Shown here: positions 27,747 through 37,020 of the stretch, in pieces
How positions within the stretch are numbered: position 1 is the first letter of the stretch
Layout of the letters: each line of letters opens with the position of its first letter
Assembly: GCA_037481815.1 (NCBI GenBank)
Contig: JBBFKX010000001.1
Coordinates: 192,001-256,000 of the forward strand
Length of the DNA: 64,000 bases
Source: a candidate division WOR-3 bacterium
GTDB lineage: Bacteria; Hydrothermota; 32-111
Reading direction: 5' to 3'
Translations under genes and position numbers: made by a program
Notes under the pieces: model-generated
Told to the model about the DNA's origin: nothing
The model's input: the letters and a program-made list of their open reading frames with translations, nothing else
The model's database searches: none

Positions 27747-29960
27747 ATGAATGATAATCTATTCTTGTTGTTACCATTTTTTGGTTCATTGTTATCTTTA
27801 GTTTTTGCATTTATTTTTTATAAAAATATGCAATTGCATCCAAAGGGTGATGAAAAGATGGAAGAGATAGCATCCATCGTAAGGAAAGGTGCTTTTGCTT
27901 ATTTGAAGGAACAGTATAAATCTGTTGGAATCTTCTTCATTTTTGTTTTTATAATTCTTTTTATAGTTTCATACTTTTTAAAACTTCAATCTCTTTGGAC
28001 CCCATTCGCTTTCCTGACAGGTGGATTCTTTTCGGGACTTGCTGGTTTTATCGGTATGAACACAGCAACACAGGCAAGTTCAAGAACAGCACAGGCAGCA
28101 AAAAAGTCACTTGATGAAGCGTTAAAGGTTGCTTTCAGAGCAGGTGCAGTGATGGGGCTTACAGTTGTCGGGCTTGGACTCCTTGATATCACCATATGGT
28201 TTTTCATCTTAAGATTGTTTTATCAAAATGATCTATACATTATAACCTCGACGATACTGACATTTGGTATGGGAGCTTCATCACAGGCACTTTTTGCAAG
28301 AGTAGGAGGAGGAATTTTTACTAAAGCTGCTGATGTTGGAGCTGATATCGTTGGGAAAATAGAATCTGAGATCCCTGAGGATGATTCGAGGAACCCCGCT
28401 GTCATAGCTGACAATGTTGGTGATAACGTTGGAGATGTTGCTGGCATGGGTGCAGATCTTTATGAGAGTTATTGTGGTTCAATTCTTTCTGCTGCTTCGC
28501 TAGGTGCTGCTGTATCGATTTCTTTATCTCCATCAACAACTCTTGCTTTAAAACTTGTGCTATTACCACTAATGGTTGCAGCGATTGGAATAATCTCTTC
28601 AATTATAGGAATATTTTTTATCAAAACAAAAGAGAATGCTGATCAGATTCACTTGATGCAGTCATTGAACAAAGGAATAAATATATCGACTTTTTTGATC
28701 TTTGCTTTATCATTTCTTCTTATGTGGCTTTTATTCAAAGATTCTGCAATAAAATATTTCAACTTCTGGTTATCGTTAATCACCGGACTTATCGTTGGAG
28801 TATTCATAGGAAGGATCACGGAGATTTATACATCTTTTTCTTACAAACCAACAAAGTTTGTTGCTGATCAAACAAAAACAGGAACGGCAACAGTTATTCT
28901 TGCAGGGCTTGGGGAATCGATGATCTCCACAGGTTTTGTTGTTTTGGTCATAGTAACAGGAATCATTGTATCTTATCTTTTCTCTTCAAATTTTGATTTT
29001 AAAAATATTACTTTAGGACTTTATGGTATTGCTCTATCAGCGGTTGGAATGTTATCAACTTTGGGAATAACACTTGCAACTGATGCTTATGGACCTGTCG
29101 CTGACAATGCAGGTGGAAATGCTCAGATGAGTAAACTCGATAAAGTTGTAAGGGAAAGAACAGATGCTTTAGATTCTCTGGGAAACACGACCGCAGCAAC
29201 TGGAAAGGGCTTTGCTATAGGTTCTGCTGCTTTAACTGCACTTGCTTTAATCGCAGCATTTTCAGAAGCGATAAAAGCAGCACTGATCAGAATTGCTCAA
29301 AATTCGAATGGTTTTGTTGATATAGGAAATAAATTTCTTTCATATGAGAAAATTAAAGAGATGGGTATAGTTGATGTTCTTCTTGTTTATGATGTACATC
29401 TTATGAATGTAAAAGTTATAGTGGGAGTTATGATCGGCTCGATGATGCCATTTCTATTTTCAGGATTAACTTTAAACGCAGTTGGAAGAGCTGCAACAAA
29501 AATGGTTGATGAAATAAGAAGACAATTCCACACGATACCAGGGATACTTGAAGGTAAAAACAAACCTGATTATGAAAAATGTGTATCAATTGCAGCGAAA
29601 GCAGCTGAAAAAGAGATGATCGTTCCAGCACTACTTGCTGTTATAGTTCCAATTTTTGTTGGATTAACGATAGGAATTCCAGGAGTTTATGGACTTCTTG
29701 CAGGATCACTCGGAAGTGGTTTTGTTCTTGCGATAATGATGGCAAATGCTGGTGGATCATGGGATAATGCTAAGAAATACATAGAGAGTGGGGAACTCGG
29801 TGGAAAAGGAAGTGAAAATCACAAATCTGCTGTCGTAGGAGATACTGTTGGTGATCCTTTGAAGGATACAGCTGGTCCTTCTTTAAATATTCTCATAAAA
29901 TTGATGAGTATAGTTTCAATAGTTACAGCAGGTCTTATGGTATATTTTCATCTATTTTAG
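27747..29960 (+). CDS. hppA: Membrane-bound K+-dependent (probably Na+-translocating) pyrophosphatase
   Basis: [29 protein letters not shown] (Ala marks the K+-dependent type), [10 protein letters not shown]. Confidence 0.95.
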   Translation: MNDNLFLLLPFFGSLLSLVFAFIFYKNMQLHPKGDEKMEEIASIVRKGAFAYLKEQYKSVGIFFIFVFIILFIVSYFLKLQSLWTPFAFLTGGFFSGLAGFIGMNTATQASSRTAQAAKKSLDEALKVAFRAGAVMGLTVVGLGLLDITIWFFILRLFYQNDLYIITSTILTFGMGASSQALFARVGGGIFTKAADVGADIVGKIESEIPEDDSRNPAVIADNVGDNVGDVAGMGADLYESYCGSILSAASLGAAVSISLSPSTTLALKLVLLPLMVAAIGIISSIIGIFFIKTKENADQIHLMQSLNKGINISTFLIFALSFLLMWLLFKDSAIKYFNFWLSLITGLIVGVFIGRITEIYTSFSYKPTKFVADQTKTGTATVILAGLGESMISTGFVVLVIVTGIIVSYLFSSNFDFKNITLGLYGIALSAVGMLSTLGITLATDAYGPVADNAGGNAQMSKLDKVVRERTDALDSLGNTTAATGKGFAIGSAALTALALIAAFSEAIKAALIRIAQNSNGFVDIGNKFLSYEKIKEMGIVDVLLVYDVHLMNVKVIVGVMIGSMMPFLFSGLTLNAVGRAATKMVDEIRRQFHTIPGILEGKNKPDYEKCVSIAAKAAEKEMIVPALLAVIVPIFVGLTIGIPGVYGLLAGSLGSGFVLAIMMANAGGSWDNAKKYIESGELGGKGSENHKSAVVGDTVGDPLKDTAGPSLNILIKLMSIVSIVTAGLMVYFHLF

Positions 29961-29976
29961 TTCTTTAAAATTTTGT

Positions 29977-30064
29977 GGAGAGGTGTCCGAGTTGGTCGAA
30001 GGAGCATGATTGGAGATCATGTATAGGGGAAACTCTATCCTGGGTTCGAATCCCAGCCTCTCCG
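29977..30064 (+). tRNA. tRNA-Ser(GGA)
   Basis: GGAGAGG/CCTCTCC acceptor, G73, arm CATGA-TT-GGA-GA-TCATG, long variable arm, GTTCGAATC. Confidence 0.93.
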
Positions 30065-30085
30065 TTTATTTAAAAAGGAGGAGAA

Positions 30086-30643
30086 ATGTTTATTTTTTTA
30101 GTCGTTGTTGGTGTTATTCTGTTTCTAATCATACTCGCTATAATTGGGATCTACAACAATCTTGTGAAAGAAAAAAATCGAGTGAAAAATGCTTGGTCTC
30201 AGATAGATGTTCAACTTAAAAGAAGATACGATCTTATTCCCAACCTTGTTGAAGTTGTAAAAGATTATATGTCGTATGAACAGGAAACATTAACAAAAGT
30301 TATTGAAGCGAGAAATTTTGCAATGAATGCAAAAGGTGTAAAAGCTCAGGCGGAAGCAGAAAACATGCTTTCTGGAGCATTAAAATCTTTATTTGCAGTG
30401 GTTGAAAATTATCCTGAACTTAAAGCCAACGAAAATGTTATGAGATTACAGGAAGAGTTGACTTCAACTGAAAATAGAATCTCTTATGCAAGACAATTTT
30501 ACAATGATTCTGTTATGCAGTTCAATACGATGGTCGAAACTTTCCCAACAAATATAATAGCAGCAATCTTTAATTTTAAACAGATGGAGTTCTTTGTTAT
30601 TCCTGAAACTGAAAGACAGAATGTTAAAGTTGATTTAAGATAG
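30086..30643 (+). CDS. lemA: LemA family protein
   Basis: N-terminal TM, AWSQIDVQLKRRYDLIPNLV, ENYPELKA, ENRISYARQFYN. Confidence 0.95.
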   Translation: MFIFLVVVGVILFLIILAIIGIYNNLVKEKNRVKNAWSQIDVQLKRRYDLIPNLVEVVKDYMSYEQETLTKVIEARNFAMNAKGVKAQAEAENMLSGALKSLFAVVENYPELKANENVMRLQEELTSTENRISYARQFYNDSVMQFNTMVETFPTNIIAAIFNFKQMEFFVIPETERQNVKVDLR

Positions 30644-30650
30644 GAGAAAT

Positions 30651-31670
30651 ATGGCAGCAAAAATTTGTCCAAGATGTGGATTTTACAATAATGTTATGAG
30701 AAAAAAATGTGCTTTGTGTGATACACCATTGGATGTTGCACAACTTTCTGATCTGAGTTATAACAGAAAAGAAAATTTTTACAACATTCAAAGTGCTAAC
30801 AAAAGAAATTCTATACTGTTAATAGTTTCTCTCTTTATTTTTCTTATTGGATTTGGATTTTTATTTGGTTATATTTTTGATTTGGGTTATTTTGGACCGA
30901 TACTTGCCTTTTTTATATCAGTTATTACAACATTGATCTCCTACAACATGGGAAAAACGATTGTTCTTAAGATTTCTGGAGCAAGAAAGGTTACAAAAGA
31001 TGAAGAACCACAGTTTGTAAATGTTGTTGAGGAGATAGCACTCGCCGCTGGTCTTCCAACTCCTGAAACATATATCATTGAAAGTGATGCGTTAAACGCT
31101 TTTGCAACAGGAAAAAATCCAAAAGATGGTGCAATTGCAATCACGAGAGGTCTTCTAAAAAAACTTAACAGAGAGGAGTTAGCAGGAGTTGTTGCACATG
31201 AAATGTCACACATAGCGAATCTTGATATAAGATTTTCTATGCTTGTTGGAGTTATTGTTGGAACTATAGTTATGTTATCAGATTGGCTTTTAAGATATCT
31301 TTTCTGGGGAGGAAGAGGTAGAAGAGAAAGAAGAGAAAACAGTGGCTATTTAGGTTTGATAATTTTAGTTATTGCGATCGTTCTTGCGATCTTAGCACCA
31401 ATTCTTGCAAAACTGATCCAGATGGCGATTTCAAGGAAAAGAGAACTTATGGCTGATGCAAAAGCGGTTGAGTATACAAGAAATCCGGAAGGGCTCGCTT
31501 CTGCTTTGGAAAAAATCGCTCAATCATCGATAAAACTTGAAACTGCTTCAAGAGCAACAGCACATATGTTCATAGCAAACCCTTTCAAAGATTTTTCAAA
31601 AAAATCTTCTGCTCTGTTTTCAACACATCCTCCTATTGAATCAAGGATTAGAATTTTAAGAAGTATGTAA
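30651..31670 (+). CDS. htpX: M48 zinc metalloprotease HtpX with N-terminal zinc ribbon
   Basis: NAFATG, HEMSH, SRKRELMAD, STHPP; N-terminal CPRC...CALC. Confidence 0.9.
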   Translation: MAAKICPRCGFYNNVMRKKCALCDTPLDVAQLSDLSYNRKENFYNIQSANKRNSILLIVSLFIFLIGFGFLFGYIFDLGYFGPILAFFISVITTLISYNMGKTIVLKISGARKVTKDEEPQFVNVVEEIALAAGLPTPETYIIESDALNAFATGKNPKDGAIAITRGLLKKLNREELAGVVAHEMSHIANLDIRFSMLVGVIVGTIVMLSDWLLRYLFWGGRGRRERRENSGYLGLIILVIAIVLAILAPILAKLIQMAISRKRELMADAKAVEYTRNPEGLASALEKIAQSSIKLETASRATAHMFIANPFKDFSKKSSALFSTHPPIESRIRILRSM

Positions 31671-32620
31671 TGGATAAAGTTCTTGCTGTTGTTTTGAATT
31701 TTAATGGTAATCTGTTAACTGGAAATCTATTTTTAAAAACCATAAAATCACTAAAAGAACAATCTTATAATGACTTAAAGATTCTTGTAGTTGATAATGA
31801 TTCTTATGATGATTCAATAAAACTTATTAAACATAACTTCCCTGATATTGAAATAATAAAATCATCAAAAAACTATAAAACATCATCATACAATTTCGGT
31901 TTATCATATGCTCTAAAAAATCATTGTAAATATACATTACTTTCCAACAACGATATAATATATAGTAAAGATTTCATCGAAAATATGGTTAATTTTGCAA
32001 ACAGATTTAAAGATGGAGGAATATTTACACCTAAGATTTTACTTTTTGATGACCCTGAAACGGTTAACTCAACGGGTCTTGTTGTAAATAGAACTGGTTA
32101 TGCATACGATAGAGATTTTGGGAAAAATTTAAAAGATTTAAAACGAGAAAGTGGTGAAGTCACAGGTGGATCTGGTGGAGCAATGTTTTTGAGAACCGAA
32201 ATAATAAAAAAGATAGGTTATTTTGAAAAATTTTACTCAGCATACTATGAGGATCTCGATTTTTCTTTTAAATTAAGAAGGTTTACAGATTTCAAAATTT
32301 TTTATAACGAATATTCTGTATGCTATCATAAATTTTCTTGTTCATGGAAAAATACAAAAATAAAAAATTATTTTATGAATCGAAACCGTCTCTTTTTTTT
32401 AGTCATTCATTTTCCATTAAGTTTAATATTTAAATCTCTAAAATTTTTGATATTTAATCAAGCAAATTCAAGTAAAGAATTAAATTATTATATGTATTTT
32501 GATATTTTATTTCATTTACCATTTTTAATTTTAAAAAGGTTAAGTTATTACCATAAAGATAAAACCAAAAACATAGCCGTTTATCTGGAAAAATATTCGG
32601 GTTTCCCAACGATTGATTAG
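31670..32620 (+). CDS. Glycosyltransferase family 2
   Basis: VVLNFN, VVDNDSYD, SNND, YYEDLD. Confidence 0.9.
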   Translation: MDKVLAVVLNFNGNLLTGNLFLKTIKSLKEQSYNDLKILVVDNDSYDDSIKLIKHNFPDIEIIKSSKNYKTSSYNFGLSYALKNHCKYTLLSNNDIIYSKDFIENMVNFANRFKDGGIFTPKILLFDDPETVNSTGLVVNRTGYAYDRDFGKNLKDLKRESGEVTGGSGGAMFLRTEIIKKIGYFEKFYSAYYEDLDFSFKLRRFTDFKIFYNEYSVCYHKFSCSWKNTKIKNYFMNRNRLFFLVIHFPLSLIFKSLKFLIFNQANSSKELNYYMYFDILFHLPFLILKRLSYYHKDKTKNIAVYLEKYSGFPTID

Positions 32621-32741
32621 TGCAAATTTTACCTTTATTTTATAAAATTAAAATAAATAATGCAAAATTTTCCATCTTTTCTTTTCACCAAATATAACTA
32701 TATTATAAATATGAAAATATATAGTCTATTGTACAGAATGA

Positions 32742-32758
32742 TGGAACGAAAATTGTTT
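32742..32758 (+). promoter_or_regulatory. Putative sigma-54 promoter of the S8 protease gene
   Basis: TGGAAC-GAAAA-TTGT-TT, same GG-N10-GT pattern as at 9383 and 10284. Confidence 0.5.
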
Positions 32759-32800
32759 ATAATTTATAAAAAAAAGGAGAAAAATGAAAAAGGAGGATAA

Positions 32801-35800
32801 ATGTTAAAAAGAAAACTATCCATGCTCCTTTTAATCTTATTTGTTTTTACCATTTTTTATGCAGAGAGTATGATAAGATTAAAAGTAGCAAAATTTTCAA
32901 CTGATTTCGAACCACCTTCATTTGCAAACCTTGGACTTGAAAGAACTCAAGTTAAAGGTGATTATGATTATTATGTTGTTCAGTTCAACGACCTTGTGAG
33001 ACAGAGTTACAAAGATGAGATCAAAAAGTTGGGTGGAGAAATATTTGACTACATTCCAGATAACGCTTTCATCGTCAAACTTTCAAACAAAAGTTTTGAG
33101 CAGATAAAAGGTAAAAAGTTTGTGAAATTCATTCAGATATGGCAGCCAGCATACAGAATAGCACCCAATCTCATAAGTGATAAGCAGGAGCCTTTAAAAG
33201 GCGATTTACCAGGAAAAGTTAACCTTTTGGTTGGACTTTTTGCTGGTGAAGATGTTGAACTTTTCCATTCAAAACTGAAAAATCTTTCAGATATTACAAT
33301 TCTTGCCGGTCCAAATCCAGTGAGGATTTCAGTTCCAGCTGAAAAAGCAAACGATATAGCAAAATATCTTGCAAATCAGGTTGAAGTGTACTGGGTTGAA
33401 AGGGATTATCCTGTTGAACTCCATAATGCATGGTCAAGATGGATACTGCAAACATTTGATACATTGAACATGAAAGCAGCAGCTGATTCATGGAAATCAC
33501 AACTTACGATCTCAACAGCAGCTGATTCTGTTCGTCTACCATTTTATGCTAAAGGAATCTATGGTCAGAACCAGATAGTTGGAGTTGATGATACCGGTTG
33601 TGATTGGGATAACATTTATTTTAGAGATCCATCAGGAACAAAACCTGTCTATGATAAAGATAAAGATAGAGTTTGTGAAACAACTGGAACACATAGAAAG
33701 ATAGTTGCATATAATGTTCATGCAGATACTTTTGATCTTAACTCATCAGGCCATGGTTCCCATACTTGTGGTTCAGTTGCTGCTGATTCGATGAACTCAG
33801 GTCTTCCATCTGTTACCGCTTATGCAAGAGTCATGGGAATGGCCCCACTTGCAAAACTAGCATTCACTGATATTGGAAACTCGAGTGATGGTTTGGTTCT
33901 TCCAACTAACTATCAGGATATATATCAATGGGCTTACAACGCTGGTGCAAGAATTCATACATCTTCATGGGGGCAGTCATATGGTGGTTATAGTTCTTAC
34001 ACTTTAAATGCTCAGCAAATAGATTCATGTGCATGGGATAAAAAAGATTTTCTGATGTTTAGATCAGCAGGGAACTCAAACCTTGACAGGGATTCTGTTA
34101 ACACTCCGGCAACAGCGAAAAATATTGTTTGTGTTGGAGCATCAGAATCTGGTTTTGGTTCAGGGGCGACAACATGGGCTGTGAATGGAACTTCAACAAG
34201 AAATGAACTTCTTGATGTTGCAGAGTTCTCTTCACACGGACCAACAAAAGAAGGAATGATGAGACCTGATCTTGTCGGAACTGGTGGATGGTATATCTGG
34301 TCAGTTGATTCAGATGGGAATTTAGCATCCAATAATACTGGAATCACCTATATGGGTGGAACATCGATGTCAACTCCAACGGTTGCTGGTTTTGGTGCTC
34401 TTGTGAGACAATATTTTACAGAAGGTTGGTATCCATCAGGAACAAAAAATGCAGCGGATGCTTTTACACCTTCTGCTGCTTTGATCAAAGCTGTACTTAT
34501 AAATTCGACAAGGAACTCTCCTGGTGCATATTCAATAAGTACAATAAATAACTCTGGAACCCAAAATGCTCCTTCACAGGGACAGGGTTGGGGTAGAATA
34601 GTAACAGATGATGCTATATATTTTGCTGGTGATGTCAGAGATTTGAAGGTCTGGGATGTTACATCAGGATTTACAGCAGCAGGACAATATCATGAATATA
34701 CAATAAATACAGGTCCTTCAACAACCGAATATATAAAAATAGTTTTGTGCTGGACTGATTATCCAGCAGCAGTTGGTGCGGATCCTCTTGTAGTTAACAA
34801 TCTTAATTTAACAGTTACTGCCGGTGGAAACACGTATCTTGGAAATGTTTTTGGAACGAATGCAAGATCAACAACAGGAGGTTCTGCTGATGTTGAAAAT
34901 GTTACTGAGGTTGTCTGGCTTGATCCAATACCAAATTCAACGATAACGATTAGAGTTACCGCAGCTAATGTTCCAAATGGACCACAGCCATACGCTCTTG
35001 TTGCAACAGGTGATTTTGTTACAACAGCACCTGCTGGAAAGATTCTTTATAAAAAATCTGTGATTCTTGATTCACCGACAGCGGTTCTTGTTGATGGAAA
35101 GTTGAACAACGGTGAAACAACAGATATGAATATCTGGGTTGTTAACAATACGGGTGCTTCTCAGTCAAATATCACAGCAAAACTTAGAGAAGGTTCACCT
35201 TATATAACAAATCTTGATTCAACTGGAACCTATGGAACACTTGCAAATGGTGACTCAACTTATTCAGTATACAGATTCCAGGTTGCAAATAATACTCCTG
35301 ATGGAACGAGTATACCATGTACACTATTTGTGTCTTATGGAACGAAAGTTGATACTTCAGCGTTCACTTTAACTGTTACAGGAGTAAGGATTGCATCACT
35401 TTCAACATCACAACTCGTTTTTGATTTCTCAACAAAAAAATCAACAACTGAAGTGCTTTCTGTGAATAATCAAACAACAAAGAATATATATCTGGGAGAT
35501 TATTATAAAGATATAAAATTAGTCAATCTATCAGAAAATGTGATAAATACAAAAGGCATCTGGGATACATTGAAATGGGATGATGCAGAAACAGAAGGTG
35601 CAGCTGGATGGTATGGTGTGAGTTATTTTGCAAATAAATTTTCAGTCGCACAGGGCTGTTCTTTAAGAGCTATATGGTGGGGTAGAATGATAGAAAGTGG
35701 CCTTGCAAGAACAGATACACTTTATGTATGGACAGACAATGCTGGAGTTCCAGGGACACTGCTTGGAAAATATGTTGCTTCTGGCCTTACAACCGGTGGG

Positions 35801-36838
35801 GCAGCACAATTATTTAGAGCAACCGTTCCAACAGCAGTTTATCTTACTGGCAACTTCTGGGTTGGTGTTTATGCTGTAACAAACGCATCAACAACACCAC
35901 CAAACAGAAGATCATATATGCTTTCAGACACAATAGGTGGAACATATTCCTACTATGCTTCAGCAATCACAGGTCCTTGGACAAATATGTCACCCGATGG
36001 AGATCTTATCATAAGAGCAGAAATCGAATATCCAACAACACCCGCAGGGTCAGGAACGTTCTATGTAAAGAATACTGATTCAGGTTCAGTTTTGCCATTT
36101 GATGTTACAGGAATAACAAAAGCAAGAAATTCTTCGTGGATTGTTTCAATAACCCCTACAACAGGAACAGTGAATGTTGGAGATTCTTTGGGTGTTACAG
36201 TTCTTGTTGATACAGCCGGTCTTTCTTATGGAACAACATACTATGATACTCTTTTGATTGCAACTTCAGCGGATCTATCAAAAGCTGTAACGGTCAGGTT
36301 ACCAGTAACATTGATTATGCCATCCAATACAGGTATAATGTCAACCTCTTTGGTGGCAACAGTTTCTGGAAAAGATGTTGTATTAAAATGGAATTCTAAC
36401 AATGAAACTGCAAAAACTTGGATAATTGAAAGAGACAATGTTATAGTTGGTACAGTACTTGGAAAAGATAACATGACTTTTGTTGATGAAAATGTGTCAA
36501 CCGGAACACATACTTATAGGGTTGGGTTCAAAGTGAATGATCAGATCGTTTATTCAGATGCAACAACTGTTCTGGTGAGCAAAATTTCAACAAGTTTATC
36601 TGTAAGAAAAATGGTTGACAATGAGAATGTTTCCATAAGATTTTCAAATGGTGAAACTCAAAAGGTTACAATTGAAATCTTCGATCTAATGGGAAGAAAA
36701 GTTTCTACTTTATTTAATGGAATCTTAAATGAAGGTGTTTACAACTATAAAGTTGATAGCCTTTCAAAAGGTGTATATTTTGTGAAAGTTGTTGCTGGCA
36801 ACGAAAATCTTAAAGAAAGATTTGTAATTATAAAATAA
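32801..36838 (+). CDS. Secreted S8 subtilase (KP-43-like) with T9SS-like C-terminal domain
   Basis: Signal peptide; catalytic triad VDDTG / GHGSHT / GTSMSTP; SAGN; C-terminus IFDLMGRKV...SKGVYFVKV...FVIIK. Confidence 0.93.
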   Translation: MLKRKLSMLLLILFVFTIFYAESMIRLKVAKFSTDFEPPSFANLGLERTQVKGDYDYYVVQFNDLVRQSYKDEIKKLGGEIFDYIPDNAFIVKLSNKSFEQIKGKKFVKFIQIWQPAYRIAPNLISDKQEPLKGDLPGKVNLLVGLFAGEDVELFHSKLKNLSDITILAGPNPVRISVPAEKANDIAKYLANQVEVYWVERDYPVELHNAWSRWILQTFDTLNMKAAADSWKSQLTISTAADSVRLPFYAKGIYGQNQIVGVDDTGCDWDNIYFRDPSGTKPVYDKDKDRVCETTGTHRKIVAYNVHADTFDLNSSGHGSHTCGSVAADSMNSGLPSVTAYARVMGMAPLAKLAFTDIGNSSDGLVLPTNYQDIYQWAYNAGARIHTSSWGQSYGGYSSYTLNAQQIDSCAWDKKDFLMFRSAGNSNLDRDSVNTPATAKNIVCVGASESGFGSGATTWAVNGTSTRNELLDVAEFSSHGPTKEGMMRPDLVGTGGWYIWSVDSDGNLASNNTGITYMGGTSMSTPTVAGFGALVRQYFTEGWYPSGTKNAADAFTPSAALIKAVLINSTRNSPGAYSISTINNSGTQNAPSQGQGWGRIVTDDAIYFAGDVRDLKVWDVTSGFTAAGQYHEYTINTGPSTTEYIKIVLCWTDYPAAVGADPLVVNNLNLTVTAGGNTYLGNVFGTNARSTTGGSADVENVTEVVWLDPIPNSTITIRVTAANVPNGPQPYALVATGDFVTTAPAGKILYKKSVILDSPTAVLVDGKLNNGETTDMNIWVVNNTGASQSNITAKLREGSPYITNLDSTGTYGTLANGDSTYSVYRFQVANNTPDGTSIPCTLFVSYGTKVDTSAFTLTVTGVRIASLSTSQLVFDFSTKKSTTEVLSVNNQTTKNIYLGDYYKDIKLVNLSENVINTKGIWDTLKWDDAETEGAAGWYGVSYFANKFSVAQGCSLRAIWWGRMIESGLARTDTLYVWTDNAGVPGTLLGKYVASGLTTGGAAQLFRATVPTAVYLTGNFWVGVYAVTNASTTPPNRRSYMLSDTIGGTYSYYASAITGPWTNMSPDGDLIIRAEIEYPTTPAGSGTFYVKNTDSGSVLPFDVTGITKARNSSWIVSITPTTGTVNVGDSLGVTVLVDTAGLSYGTTYYDTLLIATSADLSKAVTVRLPVTLIMPSNTGIMSTSLVATVSGKDVVLKWNSNNETAKTWIIERDNVIVGTVLGKDNMTFVDENVSTGTHTYRVGFKVNDQIVYSDATTVLVSKISTSLSVRKMVDNENVSIRFSNGETQKVTIEIFDLMGRKVSTLFNGILNEGVYNYKVDSLSKGVYFVKVVAGNENLKERFVIIK

Positions 36839-36848
36839 TTTTTTAAAA

Positions 36849-36871
36849 GCACCGGGGGCACACCCCGGTGC
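36849..36871 (+). terminator. GC-rich hairpin after the S8 gene
   Basis: GCACCGGGG-GCACA-CCCCGGTGC. Confidence 0.65.
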
Positions 36872-36978
36872 AAAAAATTCAGATTCAAATATCAAAAAAA
36901 GCAATTTTTTCACTTTATCTAAAATATATTATTACCTTATTATTTAACTAAAGAAAAATATAAACTTATTTAATAAAA

Positions 36979-36995
36979 AGGTATAATTTATGCAA
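36979..36995 (+). promoter_or_regulatory. Possible sigma-54 promoter of the C25 protease gene
   Basis: AGGTATAATTTATGCAA = GG-N10-GC; the TATAAT inside could alternatively be a sigma70 -10. Confidence 0.35.
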
Positions 36996-37020
36996 TAATT
37001 TTTATAAAAAAGGAGGTTTT

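Noticed and set aside
30010..30219. 69-aa ORF
   Set aside because: Overlaps tRNA-Ser(GGA) and lemA in another frame.
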